Shown: piece by piece, positions 50,887-61,916 of the stretch
How positions within the stretch are numbered: position 1 is the first letter of the stretch
How the letters are laid out: each line of letters begins with the position of its first letter
Assembly (NCBI GenBank): GCA_016937215.1
Contig: JAFGWI010000009.1
Coordinates: 1,703-65,702, forward strand
Source: Spirochaetales bacterium
GTDB taxonomy: Bacteria > Spirochaetota > Spirochaetia > SZUA-6 > JAFGRV01
DNA: 64,000 bases
Direction of reading: 5' to 3'
Translations under genes and position numbers: made by a program
The notes under the pieces: model-generated
Told to the model about the DNA's origin: nothing
Databases searched by the model: none
What the model saw: the letters and a program-made list of their open reading frames with translations, nothing else

Positions 50887-51678
50887 CTAAAAACTCCTGT
50901 CCACCACACGTTCAATAGACAAGGATTTTCCGGAATTAGCATCAATAACACAAAGGATACCCATTATATCAGCGTTATTATGCGATGTTTCCATTTTAAG
51001 AGGCATTTGCGTCAGGTTTTTCTTGATAATGATAGCCGGATCCATGCCTAGAACAGAATCCCTTGCGCCTGTCATGCCTATGTCACTGATATAAGCTGTT
51101 CCATTAGGCAATATCCTTTCATCGGCCGTTTGAATATGAGTGTGGGTTCCCGCCACAACAGACACCTGACCATCGAGATAAATACCCAGAGCTTCCTTTT
51201 CAGCTGTAGATTCAGCATGAAAATCAATGATAATAATATTGCATTTATTTCTAAGCCTCTGAACAACTTCCTTCCCAACAGCAAAAGGAGAACGAATGTT
51301 AGGGAGCTCACACAGGCCTTGCAGGTTAAGCACAGCAACAGTTTTGTCACCAACTGTGACTTGAGTCACACCCTTGCCATCAACTCCAGCAGGATAATTT
51401 TCAGGACGAAGCAAACGCTTATCAGAATTCAAAAAGGGATAGATTTCCTTTTTTTGCCATATGTGATTTCCAGAAGTGATAATATCAGCGCCCGATTGAT
51501 AGAACATATTCAGAACATCAGGGGTAATACCATGGCCTTCAGTCGCGTTTTCACCATTCAGAACACAAAGATCTGCGTTCATTCGTTTTTTTAGGGTTTT
51601 GAGGCGGGTAAAAACAGCCACACAGCCCGATTTACCCACCACATCACCAATCATTAGTACACGGATAGTTTCACTCAA
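50887..51678 (-). CDS. ymdB: YmdB-family metallophosphoesterase (2',3'-cNMP phosphodiesterase).
   Basis: IRVLMIGDVVGKSG N-terminus. Immediately downstream of rny, as in Bacillus. Confidence 0.85.
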   Translation of the reverse strand: MSETIRVLMIGDVVGKSGCVAVFTRLKTLKKRMNADLCVLNGENATEGHGITPDVLNMFYQSGADIITSGNHIWQKKEIYPFLNSDKRLLRPENYPAGVDGKGVTQVTVGDKTVAVLNLQGLCELPNIRSPFAVGKEVVQRLRNKCNIIIIDFHAESTAEKEALGIYLDGQVSVVAGTHTHIQTADERILPNGTAYISDIGMTGARDSVLGMDPAIIIKKNLTQMPLKMETSHNNADIMGILCVIDANSGKSLSIERVVDRSF

Positions 51679-51696
51679 AACATCATTTTCCTAAAA

Positions 51697-53226
51697 CTAC
51701 CGGGCATATTCCAATATCCTGGTTTCACGAATAATTGTAACCTTGATTCGTCCCGGATATTTCAATTCATTCTCAATACGCTTCGCAATATCCTTGGCCA
51801 TTTGCCGTGCCTGGGCATCGTCCACTGCTTCGTTGTTTACGATAATACGCAGCTCACGTCCAGCTTGAATGGCATAGGTTTTTTCAACACCTTCAAAGCT
51901 CTCGGCGATTTTCTCAAGATTCTCTAAACGCTTTAGATAATTATCAAGAGTCTCTCGACGCGCGCCTGGCCTTGAAGCAGAAATCGCGTCGGCAATCTGA
52001 ACAATAACCGACTCGATGCAAATCGGCTCCACATCATTATGATGCGAACCAATAGCATTAATGACACGGGGATCCTCACCCAGTTTTTTGGCTAATTCCA
52101 TCCCGATTTCAGCATGATTTCCCTCATTATTGGTTTCAATACCTTTGCCAATATCATGAAGAAGCGCGCCTCGTTTGGCAATATTCACATCTGCACCAAG
52201 CTCCGAAGCAATCATGCCCGCAACTACAGCTACCTCTTTTGAGTGAAACAATACATTCTGGCCGTAACTTGTTCGGAAGTACAAGCGCCCCAGGGCCTTA
52301 ATGCCTTCAGGCCTGAAATTATGAATACCTAACTCAAAAAGAACCTTTTCACCTTCTTCATAAATCTTTTGACTGATTTCCTTGGTCACTTTTTGAACCA
52401 CTTCTTCAATTCGTGCCGGATGAATCCGTCCATCGGAAATCAAACGCTCGAGCGATGTTTTAGCGATTTCCTTACGTATCGGGTCAAAGCATGAAATAAC
52501 TACGGCCTCAGGTGTATCATCGATGATAATATCCACACCTGAAAGTGTTTCCAGGGTACGGATATTTCGCCCTTCACGCCCGATTATTCGACCTTTCATT
52601 TCATCATTTGGCAGACTGACCGAAGTCACTGCCATTTCCGAACTGACATCTGTCGCAATTCGCTGCACTGTAGATACAATGATTTCTCTGGCTTTTTTTT
52701 CAGCCGTTATTTGCGCATCATGTTCTATCCTGTTAATAAGAATTTGCGCGTCATGCTTGGCTTCGTTCTCCAGGCTTTGAATAATTAAATCTTTTGCTTC
52801 TCCAGCAGAAATTCCAGAAATCTTTTCCAGTTCATGTCGCCATGTATCTAGACTCTTGGATACTTCCTCTTCCCTTAATGTTAATTCTTTCTCACGGTCT
52901 GAAATGCCTCTTTCCTGATCCTCTACATGAGACATTTTTCTTTCTAGATTTTCCTCTTTATTGATTAACCGTCGTTCGAATCTTTGCAGTTCGTTACGGC
53001 GTTCTCGTGTTTCCCTCTCCAGCTGATTTCGTTCTTTTATTATCTGGTCCTTTGTTTCCAAAAGGGCCTCACGTTTTTTTGCTTCAGCTTCTTTAATGGC
53101 TTCCTGTATAAGCCTCTGAGCTTTTTGCTCAGAGGACGAGAGTCGAAATCTGGCTACTAGCCATCTTATAATCCAACCTAGAACAATACCGATGAGAGAA
53201 AGAAGAAATCCAATAAGAATGTTCAT
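51697..53226 (-). CDS. rny: Ribonuclease Y.
   Basis: N-terminal TM, coiled-coil, KH domain ([11 protein letters not shown]) and HD domain (HDIGK). Confidence 0.95.
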   Translation of the reverse strand: MNILIGFLLSLIGIVLGWIIRWLVARFRLSSSEQKAQRLIQEAIKEAEAKKREALLETKDQIIKERNQLERETRERRNELQRFERRLINKEENLERKMSHVEDQERGISDREKELTLREEEVSKSLDTWRHELEKISGISAGEAKDLIIQSLENEAKHDAQILINRIEHDAQITAEKKAREIIVSTVQRIATDVSSEMAVTSVSLPNDEMKGRIIGREGRNIRTLETLSGVDIIIDDTPEAVVISCFDPIRKEIAKTSLERLISDGRIHPARIEEVVQKVTKEISQKIYEEGEKVLFELGIHNFRPEGIKALGRLYFRTSYGQNVLFHSKEVAVVAGMIASELGADVNIAKRGALLHDIGKGIETNNEGNHAEIGMELAKKLGEDPRVINAIGSHHNDVEPICIESVIVQIADAISASRPGARRETLDNYLKRLENLEKIAESFEGVEKTYAIQAGRELRIIVNNEAVDDAQARQMAKDIAKRIENELKYPGRIKVTIIRETRILEYAR

Positions 53227-53323
53227 CGTCTTTCCTCCACATCCTAGTATAAATTACAATATAAAACGTTTTTACTAAAATTGTCAAGAATAAATAATAT
53301 CTTCTTTTAAATGACAGGATTTA

Positions 53324-56300
53324 TTAGGATTTGATATGAAGTTTCTCAAATATTTTGAAAATATCTACCGGTTCATTTCCAATAAATGAAAAAAAGAGGT
53401 AAGAGGCTTTAAGATTATACATAACAGGCAAAAAAACCGCTGAAGCAACATATTTTATATCCATCTCAGAAAATTTATCATTGAAAATTTCAGTTTTTTC
53501 TGGAGATTGATTCAATACCAGTATATGCCTTTGGGCAAAAATAGCCTGATAAATTTCTTCATTAGTATCAAATACCAAATTATGATGATCGCGATTTGAA
53601 AAACCCACAGAAAACACTGGCTTAAATTGATTTTCTTCAAGACTGAGAACAGCCGCACATATAGAAGCCAGATCGCGGGAAAGCTGTATAAGGGATTTGG
53701 TGATAACCAATTCGTCGTCCTTTTTTCCCAGTGCGCTTATATAACCATCCAAATCAATACCTTTATTTGACAGACCTATTTGAATGAATTTTTTTTGATG
53801 CTTGAATGGACGGTAGATTTTTTCATCATCAACAGCTTCATTGATCACTCGACTTGTTGTTTTGGTTTCAACCGCTTCCACAAGGCTTTTAAATTTAGGA
53901 TTAAACTTAGACAAAGAATGGCTGCCTGCAGTCTTGGCAACCTTATAAACACCCTTTTCTTCAATTATCGCCTTAAAATCTTCACTTTTTGACTCCAATA
54001 TATAACTTAAGGGATAAATATTGATAACTTTTCGTTTCATTGCATTTGAAACTTGTGGAAAGTTTAGTAATTTTATTAAAATATCACTTGCCGGTTCATG
54101 GTTTTTATTGTCATTTCTCAGATATAGCCGCTTTTGCGAATTCTTAATTAAGTAATACTTTCCTGCCTGCTCAAAAAAGTACTGGGACTCTTCATCAATA
54201 ACAGGCTCCAGCTCTTCCATTGATTCAGATTCCTTCGCCTGCCTATCGATCACTTCAAGCCCTGACAGGCCAGCCGAGACCACTGACTCTGATACTGATG
54301 CGCTTTCCTCCAGATCTCGACTCATGTCTTCAAATAAACCCTGAAGTCGATCACTCTGTTCTTGGGTCATCATGATGTCTTTATCATCATATTCTTCCAA
54401 AAGCTCAGGTATTTCATTGTCTTCAATCTCATCAAGATCTTCAAGGAGCTCACCTTCTTCAAGGGCTTTTACTTCCTCAATAATAGTTGGCTTTTTTAAG
54501 CTAGTATTTGCTTGTTTTTCTACCAGGTCTGCATCCTCAAGTTCTTCAAGCTCTAAAAGCTCATCAGATTCCTCAAAACTGTTATCTGCTTGTAAATCTT
54601 CAAGCTCCTGCAATTCTTCAAGACCATCATCCATTTCAGCCAACAATTCATTTTCAGTTTCTTCTTCAAGGCTCCGGGCCTCAGAAACTTCATCCAGCTC
54701 CTCCATTTCCTCCAGGTCTTCTATCTGGTTGGCTTTTTCCAGCTCTGCATTTGAAACATTACGTTTATCTTCTTCAAGCCTATCTTCAGAATCAGGATCT
54801 ATACTCGCCTTATCACGGCTATTGACTTTATTAGTTTTTTCTAAAATACCATCTCGACTCGCCTCAGCAAGCTCAAGATCATCGCCATCTAAGACTTCTG
54901 TTAAATCATCGTGTTCTTCATGGTTTAACTTATTTTCTTCAGGTGTCGCTATTCGGACTCCATCATCAGCTGATTCGATTTCTTCAAGATCTTCGATTTC
55001 ATCGAGATCTTCATTTTCCTTATCCAGATGATTTGAAAGAAGCTGCACATCCTCATCTGCATTAAGCTCGGCAACATCTATTTCCTCAAGCTCACCAGTC
55101 GCACTCTCTTGATCGTGGGAAGATTCAAGTTCCCTTACTTCATCGAGCTCATCAATATCTTCATTTGCTCTATCCGTTTCATTTACAGAAATTGATCCTA
55201 CTTCATTATTCTGAACAGAATTCTGACCTTTGGTTATTGATTTTTCACTGCCATGTTGTATCAAATTTTGTTGCGATGGTAAAACAAATTGACCGTTTTT
55301 CAATGCCTTGGCCAACATACTTTGAATCTGCCCAATGGCATCATCTCCAATGGAACTCTTAGCTGCCTTTTTTTCTAATATAATCAGAATTTCGTCCCAA
55401 CTCTTATCAATAAGATTATTGACCAATTCTTTTTTGGCTTTACCTACGCGGCCGATCCCCTTTTTTAGCTCTTTCTTAATTTCAGCCTCACGAGCAACCA
55501 TTTCCCTTTTCCATTTTTTCCAGTTCACTTCGATATCAGCTTCAATAAAGGTATTGAGCAACTCGATTTGAAAGCGCTTTATCCGGCGAGAAACTATCAG
55601 AACCGAATCCTCTTTAATATTGAATATAAAAAAGAAAATCAAATAAATAGTTACCAGTAGAATGATATTGATTAATAATTTAATGGAATCTGCAAGGCGA
55701 AAAAGGTTTTGCTTTAATAAAATACTGATAATGCCATAGTTTTCATCATGCACATTAAACAATAAAAAGGAACTGGCTGATTCTTCATCAACGGCATTTT
55801 CAAGAACATCAACATAAGCTTCGGTAGAAGAATTTCGGTTCCACATTTCTTTTATCAATGGAACCAATTCCTCATTTACCGAAAGAGGCAGATTCAAAAC
55901 CAATCCTTCATCTTCAACCAGGACCAAATTTTGAGCAAGGGAAATATCATTTTCATTAACTAAAAATCTCTGTAATTCCTTATAATTGATATAAATAAGA
56001 GCCGTTCCCTTGTAAATGTCAAATTCATCGATCATGGGAAAGCAATAAATAAATCGATTGTTATATCCGTCTAGGTAGATATAAGGCTCATCAGATTTGG
56101 CAACAATCAAACGTGAATCAGGAACTCTTTCACCAAGTTGGTCATAATTATAATATACAATTTCACGATCAGTACGAGATTTAATATCACCATCCCTGGT
56201 ACTGAAATGAATCGTTTTCCCTTTTTCACCCAGCAATCTGATAAACAGAAAGTCTGGCATGTTGTTCTTCAACAACTCAAATTTTTCAGACCTTCTAAAT

Positions 56301-56584
56301 ATGTCCTCTGAAGATTTTCGCTGATCAGAAACATAAGCAGAAATGACAAAAGGATTGGCCAGTATGTTTTGAAATAATTCGATGTTATTTTTATGATACA
56401 ATCGAACCTCATCCGCAACAAGTAAAGTTCGCTTCAAATATTCATTTCGCAAATTCTGATTAAAAAATTGTGTTTCTATGACATTAAAAAGATTAATGGA
56501 AAAAAACAACAAATATAGGGTAAATAGGAGTATTGTAAGAAATAGACTTAATGCTATTTTTAAACCTTGATTCATGAACCTCAA
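53324..56584 (-). CDS. Giant two-TM membrane protein. It has a ~270-aa extracytoplasmic domain, a ~400-aa acidic D/E/L-rich low-complexity linker and a ~300-aa C-terminal globular domain. Function unknown.
   Basis: TM1 at aa 10-33 and TM2 at about aa 300-320. Repetitive EELEDLEE/DELDEVxE stretches. No catalytic motif recognised. Confidence 0.7.
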   Translation of the reverse strand: MRFMNQGLKIALSLFLTILLFTLYLLFFSINLFNVIETQFFNQNLRNEYLKRTLLVADEVRLYHKNNIELFQNILANPFVISAYVSDQRKSSEDIFRRSEKFELLKNNMPDFLFIRLLGEKGKTIHFSTRDGDIKSRTDREIVYYNYDQLGERVPDSRLIVAKSDEPYIYLDGYNNRFIYCFPMIDEFDIYKGTALIYINYKELQRFLVNENDISLAQNLVLVEDEGLVLNLPLSVNEELVPLIKEMWNRNSSTEAYVDVLENAVDEESASSFLLFNVHDENYGIISILLKQNLFRLADSIKLLINIILLVTIYLIFFFIFNIKEDSVLIVSRRIKRFQIELLNTFIEADIEVNWKKWKREMVAREAEIKKELKKGIGRVGKAKKELVNNLIDKSWDEILIILEKKAAKSSIGDDAIGQIQSMLAKALKNGQFVLPSQQNLIQHGSEKSITKGQNSVQNNEVGSISVNETDRANEDIDELDEVRELESSHDQESATGELEEIDVAELNADEDVQLLSNHLDKENEDLDEIEDLEEIESADDGVRIATPEENKLNHEEHDDLTEVLDGDDLELAEASRDGILEKTNKVNSRDKASIDPDSEDRLEEDKRNVSNAELEKANQIEDLEEMEELDEVSEARSLEEETENELLAEMDDGLEELQELEDLQADNSFEESDELLELEELEDADLVEKQANTSLKKPTIIEEVKALEEGELLEDLDEIEDNEIPELLEEYDDKDIMMTQEQSDRLQGLFEDMSRDLEESASVSESVVSAGLSGLEVIDRQAKESESMEELEPVIDEESQYFFEQAGKYYLIKNSQKRLYLRNDNKNHEPASDILIKLLNFPQVSNAMKRKVINIYPLSYILESKSEDFKAIIEEKGVYKVAKTAGSHSLSKFNPKFKSLVEAVETKTTSRVINEAVDDEKIYRPFKHQKKFIQIGLSNKGIDLDGYISALGKKDDELVITKSLIQLSRDLASICAAVLSLEENQFKPVFSVGFSNRDHHNLVFDTNEEIYQAIFAQRHILVLNQSPEKTEIFNDKFSEMDIKYVASAVFLPVMYNLKASYLFFSFIGNEPVDIFKIFEKLHIKS

Positions 56585-56643
56585 ACCATTGTCAGGATAT
56601 TCTTCTTATCTCTTATCGACACAATTTTTAGGATACTAAATAA

Positions 56644-56673
56644 ATGAAAAGCTTTATTTTTTAGGCTTTTCAT
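56644..56673 (-). terminator. Perfect 9-bp stem hairpin ATGAAAAGC-N12-GCTTTTCAT followed on the minus strand by TTATTT. Candidate terminator downstream of the rplQ-to-201-aa unit.
   Basis: Read directly from the sequence. Confidence 0.3.
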
Positions 56674-56940
56674 TAGATTGAAAATGCCAGGCATAAATAT
56701 ATCGACAATTTTCCTTCACCATGATTGTTATCACATTTAATCGACAGTGAATTCAGGCAATTGCTAAGATTTTTTAGAGTTCGGAAATTGCGGCATACAA
56801 AAAAACCTTTCTGTTTCGCGTTATATATGAAATTTCAATTTCAGTGCGGAGAATGAATTTAAAAACCCTATAAAATCGACAGCACTAACAAACTTCATAT
56901 TTTGACAAAACAAGTCCTATATCTCTCAATATCTTGATTT

Positions 56941-57546
56941 TTAAAAAAAAAGCGAGATCTTTGAAACAAAACAAACTATCCACACAAGAATAATAATATA
57001 GAAATAAAATAAAAAGGCAAAATTTAAGCGGAAAATCTTATTTGTATTCATGGCTCGATGGTTGTCCCAGAGATTCAGCAACAAATTATCAACATACTTG
57101 AAAAAGTCAACTTTTTTTGACTTTTTCTGAATGCTTTGAAACATCTGATTCATAAATTCCAAGGAATTTTGAATCATCAAACCAATAGGGCCGTGTAACG
57201 CAACTGGCTGAGCAAGACTAAAATTTGAAACTAAAATCAGACTATCAAAAAGAAGGGCCTTATAAATGCCCTTAACAAGGGCACCTGTCGTAACAGGAAA
57301 ATGAAGAATTCTTAAAAAAACACGCCCATTTGGTATACTGAGATTAAGAATAACAATAGCCCCTGTAAATAAAAAGAGTCTTAACAGCGATATTTTTTGC
57401 TTAAAAAATATATTTAGCAGAAGATAAAAGACAGTAATTATCAATAATATCAAAGAATCTGAGCTAAGTATAACTGGAATAATAAAGAAACTATGAATAA
57501 AAAGAAAAGGCTGACGTAGATCATCAGCCTTCATTATTTGATTCAT
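56941..57546 (-). CDS. Hypothetical polytopic membrane protein (201 aa).
   Basis: 5-6 hydrophobic helices. Sits 14 nt downstream of rplQ. Possibly ECF-transporter T-component-like, but too short to say. Confidence 0.45.
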   Translation of the reverse strand: MNQIMKADDLRQPFLFIHSFFIIPVILSSDSLILLIITVFYLLLNIFFKQKISLLRLFLFTGAIVILNLSIPNGRVFLRILHFPVTTGALVKGIYKALLFDSLILVSNFSLAQPVALHGPIGLMIQNSLEFMNQMFQSIQKKSKKVDFFKYVDNLLLNLWDNHRAMNTNKIFRLNFAFLFYFYIIILVWIVCFVSKISLFF

Positions 57547-57560
57547 ACGCTTTTCAGAAA

Positions 57561-57977
57561 TTATCCGATTTTTGGCATCTGTTGGTTTTCCGCTTTTTTT
57601 CTTCGTTTTTTGATTCGATCTTCACGGTCAACTAATTCCAAAAACACCATTTCTGTTGCATCAGCAGGTCTTTGTCCAATTTTCAAAATACGTGTATAAC
57701 CACCAGCGCGTTCATTAAAACGCGGTGCAACGTCTGTGAACAGTTTGGCAACCATATTTTTTGAATAAAGTGTTTTTGCAGCCATTCTTCGATTGTGCAC
57801 AGAATCCACCTTAGCTCTTGTAATAAGTTTTTCAGCAGTTTTCCGGATTTCTTTTGCTTTAGTTATGGTTGTTTTTATTCTCTCATATTTTATTAATGCC
57901 ATAACCATATTTCTATGCAACGACTGTCTATGGGCATAATTACGACCTAATCTTTTAAAACCTAGTTTATGTTTCAT
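57561..57977 (-). CDS. rplQ: 50S ribosomal protein L17.
   Basis: Conserved L17 sequence. Confidence 0.95.
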   Translation of the reverse strand: MKHKLGFKRLGRNYAHRQSLHRNMVMALIKYERIKTTITKAKEIRKTAEKLITRAKVDSVHNRRMAAKTLYSKNMVAKLFTDVAPRFNERAGGYTRILKIGQRPADATEMVFLELVDREDRIKKRRKKAENQQMPKIG

Positions 57978-59022
57978 CGCTCTTTTCCTTATCTAAATCT
58001 TGATTCTTAAGAGTTCTTAGCACGCTATAGTCAACCATTCCAAGACTCAAGTTCCATTCGGACAATTTTTCTTTAATTTCCTGTAAAGACTTTTTGCCGA
58101 AATTTCTGGTTTTTACCAGATCTTCTTCAGACTTTTTGGTCAAATCACCTATTGTTCTAATGTTCGCATTTTTCAAACAATTACTTGACCGAACGGATAA
58201 TTCCAATTCCTCAACAGGAGTTTCTAAAAATTTCCTGATTCGTTCTTCCTCATCATCCTTATCATCTTCTCTCATAATTTCATTTTCATCAAAATTGATA
58301 AAAACGGTAAAATGTTCTTTTGCGATTTTAGCAGCTTCGGCCAGGGCATCTGGAGGCGCTATACTTCCATCTGTCCACAGTTCAATACTCAATTTATCAT
58401 AATCTGACCGTTGTCCAACTCTAGCGTTTTCCACATTATATCTTACTTTTCTAATAGGTGAAAATATAGCATCAATAGGTATTGTTCCTATTGTTTCTAT
58501 GTGTTCAGCATTTCTTTCAGCTGAGACATATCCTCTTCCTAAATCGATTTGAATTTCAAATTCAACATGGGCTTTTTCAGATAGTGTTGCTATATGCAAT
58601 TCTGGGTTTACAACTTTAATTTTGTTGCTTTTTTCAATATCCTTTGCTGTAAAATCGCAAGGGCCTTTTAATTCAACCGAGATAGTTTCACTTTCTACTT
58701 CGTCTAAAAGAAATAATTGAATTTGTTTTAAACAATTGATGATTTCAGGTGTGTCTTCAACAACTTCCGGTATGGCTTCATATTCACTGGATACAACCAT
58801 ACTAGTACCATCATCATTATAATGTGTTATTCGAATCGCAGTAATTGCATACCCCTGAATGGATGATAACAGCACACGACGCAAAGTATTACCAACAGTA
58901 ACCCCATATCCCCGTTCAAAGGGATATGCTGTGAATTTACCATAAAAGGGATCTACCTCTTTGTGATCAAATGTTATGCCTTTTGGTCTTTTAAATCCCT
59001 TTAATAAATTTTTAACAGCCAT
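57967..59022 (-). CDS. rpoA: DNA-directed RNA polymerase alpha subunit.
   Basis: N-terminal dimerisation domain plus C-terminal alpha-CTD. Confidence 0.95.
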   Translation of the reverse strand: MAVKNLLKGFKRPKGITFDHKEVDPFYGKFTAYPFERGYGVTVGNTLRRVLLSSIQGYAITAIRITHYNDDGTSMVVSSEYEAIPEVVEDTPEIINCLKQIQLFLLDEVESETISVELKGPCDFTAKDIEKSNKIKVVNPELHIATLSEKAHVEFEIQIDLGRGYVSAERNAEHIETIGTIPIDAIFSPIRKVRYNVENARVGQRSDYDKLSIELWTDGSIAPPDALAEAAKIAKEHFTVFINFDENEIMREDDKDDEEERIRKFLETPVEELELSVRSSNCLKNANIRTIGDLTKKSEEDLVKTRNFGKKSLQEIKEKLSEWNLSLGMVDYSVLRTLKNQDLDKEKSDET

Positions 59023-59032
59023 TAGCTCTCCC

Positions 59033-59668
59033 TTATTTTGAATAAAGTTCGACGATTAATTGCTCTTTAATATGTGCCAAGTCTGTCACATCAGATCTTC
59101 TTGGTAATGAAGTGACAGTTCCTATCATATTATCAGGATCAATATTTAACCATGGTACTATACCAGATTTTGAATACTCTTTTAAAGCCTCTTTAATGAC
59201 TATCAATTTCTTGCTGCTATCACGTACTTCGATTTTATCGTTTTCTTTAACATGGTATGAAGGAATATTTACACGTCGTCCATTAACATAGATATGTCCA
59301 TGCGAAACAATTTGCCTTGCCATTTTTCGAGAAGGTGCGAATCGCATACGATATACTATATTATCTAACCGACTTTCTAATAATCTGATTAGATTTTCAC
59401 CAGTAATACCTGTTTGTCTTGCAGCATGGTTAAAGACAATCTTAAATTGCTTTTCCAGCATTCCGTATAATCTTTTTAATTTCTGTTTTTCACGTAACTG
59501 CACACCGTAATCAGATATTTTTTTCATACGTGTTCGAGGTCCTCTACCTGGAGGCCCCATTTTTTTTGTAATGGGACATTTGGGTCCCTTACATCTATCA
59601 CCCTTTAAAAATAATTGAGCTCTTTCTGCTCTGCATAATCTGCAACTAGGTCCCGTATATCTCGCCAT
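59033..59668 (-). CDS. rpsD: 30S ribosomal protein S4.
   Basis: MARYTGPSCRLCRAE N-terminus. Confidence 0.95.
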   Translation of the reverse strand: MARYTGPSCRLCRAERAQLFLKGDRCKGPKCPITKKMGPPGRGPRTRMKKISDYGVQLREKQKLKRLYGMLEKQFKIVFNHAARQTGITGENLIRLLESRLDNIVYRMRFAPSRKMARQIVSHGHIYVNGRRVNIPSYHVKENDKIEVRDSSKKLIVIKEALKEYSKSGIVPWLNIDPDNMIGTVTSLPRRSDVTDLAHIKEQLIVELYSK

Positions 59669-59687
59669 AATTTAAACTCTCCTTTGA

Positions 59688-60077
59688 TTATACTCTTCTG
59701 CTCTTTTGAGGTCGACAACCATTGTGCGGTATAGGGGTGATATCCTTTATGGATCGTACTCTTATTCCAAGAGCTCCCAATGCTCTTATGGCAGATTCTC
59801 GGCCAACACCTGGGCCTTTGACATAAACATCGACTTCTCTGAGTCCATGTTCTACAGCTCTTGATGCTGCAGATTCAGCCGTACTTTGAGCAGCAAAGGG
59901 TGTAGATTTTTTAGCACCCTTAAAACCTAAACCACCAGCAGAGGCCCAGGAAATGGCGTTACCTTTTTGATCAGTAACAGTTACAATAGTGTTATTAAAT
60001 GTAGCCTGGATATAAACACATCCATAGGGAATATTCTTTTTTTTATCTTTTTTAGTCTTACGCTTAGCCAACTTCAA
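59688..60077 (-). CDS. rpsK: 30S ribosomal protein S11.
   Basis: Conserved S11 sequence. Confidence 0.95.
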   Translation of the reverse strand: MKLAKRKTKKDKKKNIPYGCVYIQATFNNTIVTVTDQKGNAISWASAGGLGFKGAKKSTPFAAQSTAESAASRAVEHGLREVDVYVKGPGVGRESAIRALGALGIRVRSIKDITPIPHNGCRPQKSRRV

Positions 60078-60092
60078 TTTCCTCCCAGAAAA

Positions 60093-60458
60093 TTACTTCT
60101 TCTTACCTGCTACAGTTTTTGCTCTTCCTTTTCGTGTTCGAGCATTTGTTTTTGTGCGTTGTCCTCTAACAGGCAAACCTCGTCTATGTCTTAAACCACG
60201 ATTACACCCAATATCCATCAATCGTTTGATATTTAAGGCAATTTCTGTTCGAAGTCGCCCTTCCACCTTATATTCACTTTCGATTACAGTTCTAAGATTA
60301 TTGATTTCATCAGCAGCTAAATCATTAATCTTAGTTTTTGGGTCTATTCCAGTTTTAGAACAAATGTCCATTGCTGAAGTTCTGCCTATTCCATAAATAT
60401 ATGTTAATGCAATATCAACATTTTTATTTGGTAAGTCTACACCTGCTATACGTGCCAT
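60093..60458 (-). CDS. rpsM: 30S ribosomal protein S13.
   Basis: [11 protein letters not shown]-terminus. Confidence 0.95.
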   Translation of the reverse strand: MARIAGVDLPNKNVDIALTYIYGIGRTSAMDICSKTGIDPKTKINDLAADEINNLRTVIESEYKVEGRLRTEIALNIKRLMDIGCNRGLRHRRGLPVRGQRTKTNARTRKGRAKTVAGKKK

Positions 60459-60469
60459 TCATTACTCCT

Positions 60470-60582
60470 TAGCGTTGTCTCTGCTTGTGTTTTGGGTTTT
60501 GACAAATAATTCTTAACACACCGCGACGTCTAATAATTTTACATTTTTCACAAATTGGTTTTACACTAACTCTTACTTTCAT
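60470..60582 (-). CDS. rpmJ: 50S ribosomal protein L36. As given, it is interrupted by a 1-nt deletion in an A-run (A4 to A3) after codon 15.
   Basis: The ATG at 60582 gives [15 protein letters not shown], then the frame is lost. The -1 frame continues [22 protein letters not shown]-stop. It is too short to appear in the ORF track. Confidence 0.6.
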
Positions 60583-60593
60583 ATAAAAACCCT

Positions 60594-61916
60594 CTATAAA
60601 TTTCTTGATTTGATTCGGCCTTTTTTCAAGAGACCATCATGATGATGCATTCGTAAATGCCCTTCGATTTGGGACATGGTATCCAGATCCACTCCAACCA
60701 GAATCAGCAATGATGTTCCACCCAGTAACATGGCTACTGAATGAGGAAAATTAAACACAAGCGTAATTACTGTTGGAATAATCGCAATAAATGCCAAGAA
60801 TAGTGAACCTGGTAAAATTATCCTCTGTAGAATTCGGTTAAGATAACCTTCCATTTTTTCACTTCTTATCCCTGGAATTGAACCACCATGTTCTCTTATA
60901 TTTTTGGATATTTCATAAGGATTTAAAGTTACTTGCGTATAAAAGTAACTAAAAAATATAATCATTAAAGCATAAATAATATTGTAAGGCAGTTTATCCC
61001 AGGCTAAAAAGGATACCATGCCTTGTAGCCAATCAATATTCTTGAAACTTTGAGCTATTTGAATTGGAAATGTCAAAACTGCGCTTGCAAAAATAACCGG
61101 AATTACTCCTGAAGGATTGATTTTAAAGGGAAGATAAGTATTTTGTGCTCCATATACTTTTCTTCCAACAACCCGTTTCGCATAGTGAACTGGAATTTTT
61201 CTTTGGCCCTGTTGTTCATAGATAACTAAGGCAATAACAACAACGAAAATAAACATTACAACAAAGAGGAACACTGGATTTAAATTTGAATTGGGATTTC
61301 TAATTTCTTCTACTAATGTAACAACGGCTTGCGGCATTCGCGCTACAATACCAGCAAAAATTAGAATTGAAATACCATTTCCAACACCTCTATTTGTTAT
61401 CTGCTCACCCAACCAAACCAAAAATATTGTTCCCGTTGTTACAGTCAAAACCGCAATCAATCTAAATTGCAACTCATTCATACCAGTTAAGGCATTGGGT
61501 ATACTAAGAGGCAAGGTGATAGATGCCATGGTTTGCAAAATACATACAGGTATTGTCAAATAACGAGTATATCTTTGAATTTTTTTCTTGCCGCCCTCTT
61601 CTTCTGAAATCTTTTTTAATTTCGGAAAAATAATAGTTAATAAATTCATTATAATGGACGTTGTTATGTAAGGCATAATCCCTTGCATAAAAATAGAGAC
61701 ATTACTAAAAGCACCACCTACGAAGAAATCTATAAAATCAAAGATTCCTCCAGCTCCAGATCCTTGGTTAAAATATGCAATAACAGCGTTTCTATCTATG
61801 CCGGGAATAGGAATGAATACACCTAATCGAAAAATTATTAACGCAAAAATTGTAAATAAAATTCGATTTCTCAGGTCTTTGATTCGAAAAATATCAACAA
61901 GGGAGTTACTAGCCAT
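60594..61916 (-). CDS. secY: Preprotein translocase SecY.
   Basis: 10-TM SecY. Followed directly by rpmJ. Confidence 0.95.
   Translation of the reverse strand: MASNSLVDIFRIKDLRNRILFTIFALIIFRLGVFIPIPGIDRNAVIAYFNQGSGAGGIFDFIDFFVGGAFSNVSIFMQGIMPYITTSIIMNLLTIIFPKLKKISEEEGGKKKIQRYTRYLTIPVCILQTMASITLPLSIPNALTGMNELQFRLIAVLTVTTGTIFLVWLGEQITNRGVGNGISILIFAGIVARMPQAVVTLVEEIRNPNSNLNPVFLFVVMFIFVVVIALVIYEQQGQRKIPVHYAKRVVGRKVYGAQNTYLPFKINPSGVIPVIFASAVLTFPIQIAQSFKNIDWLQGMVSFLAWDKLPYNIIYALMIIFFSYFYTQVTLNPYEISKNIREHGGSIPGIRSEKMEGYLNRILQRIILPGSLFLAFIAIIPTVITLVFNFPHSVAMLLGGTSLLILVGVDLDTMSQIEGHLRMHHHDGLLKKGRIKSRNL

Noticed and set aside
54400-55300. The highly repetitive stretch inside the 1086-aa gene looked superficially like a tandem-repeat or CRISPR-like array.
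   Set aside because: The repeats are imperfect GAA/GAT/CTT-based coding low complexity in one continuous ORF. There are no unique spacers and no cas genes nearby.
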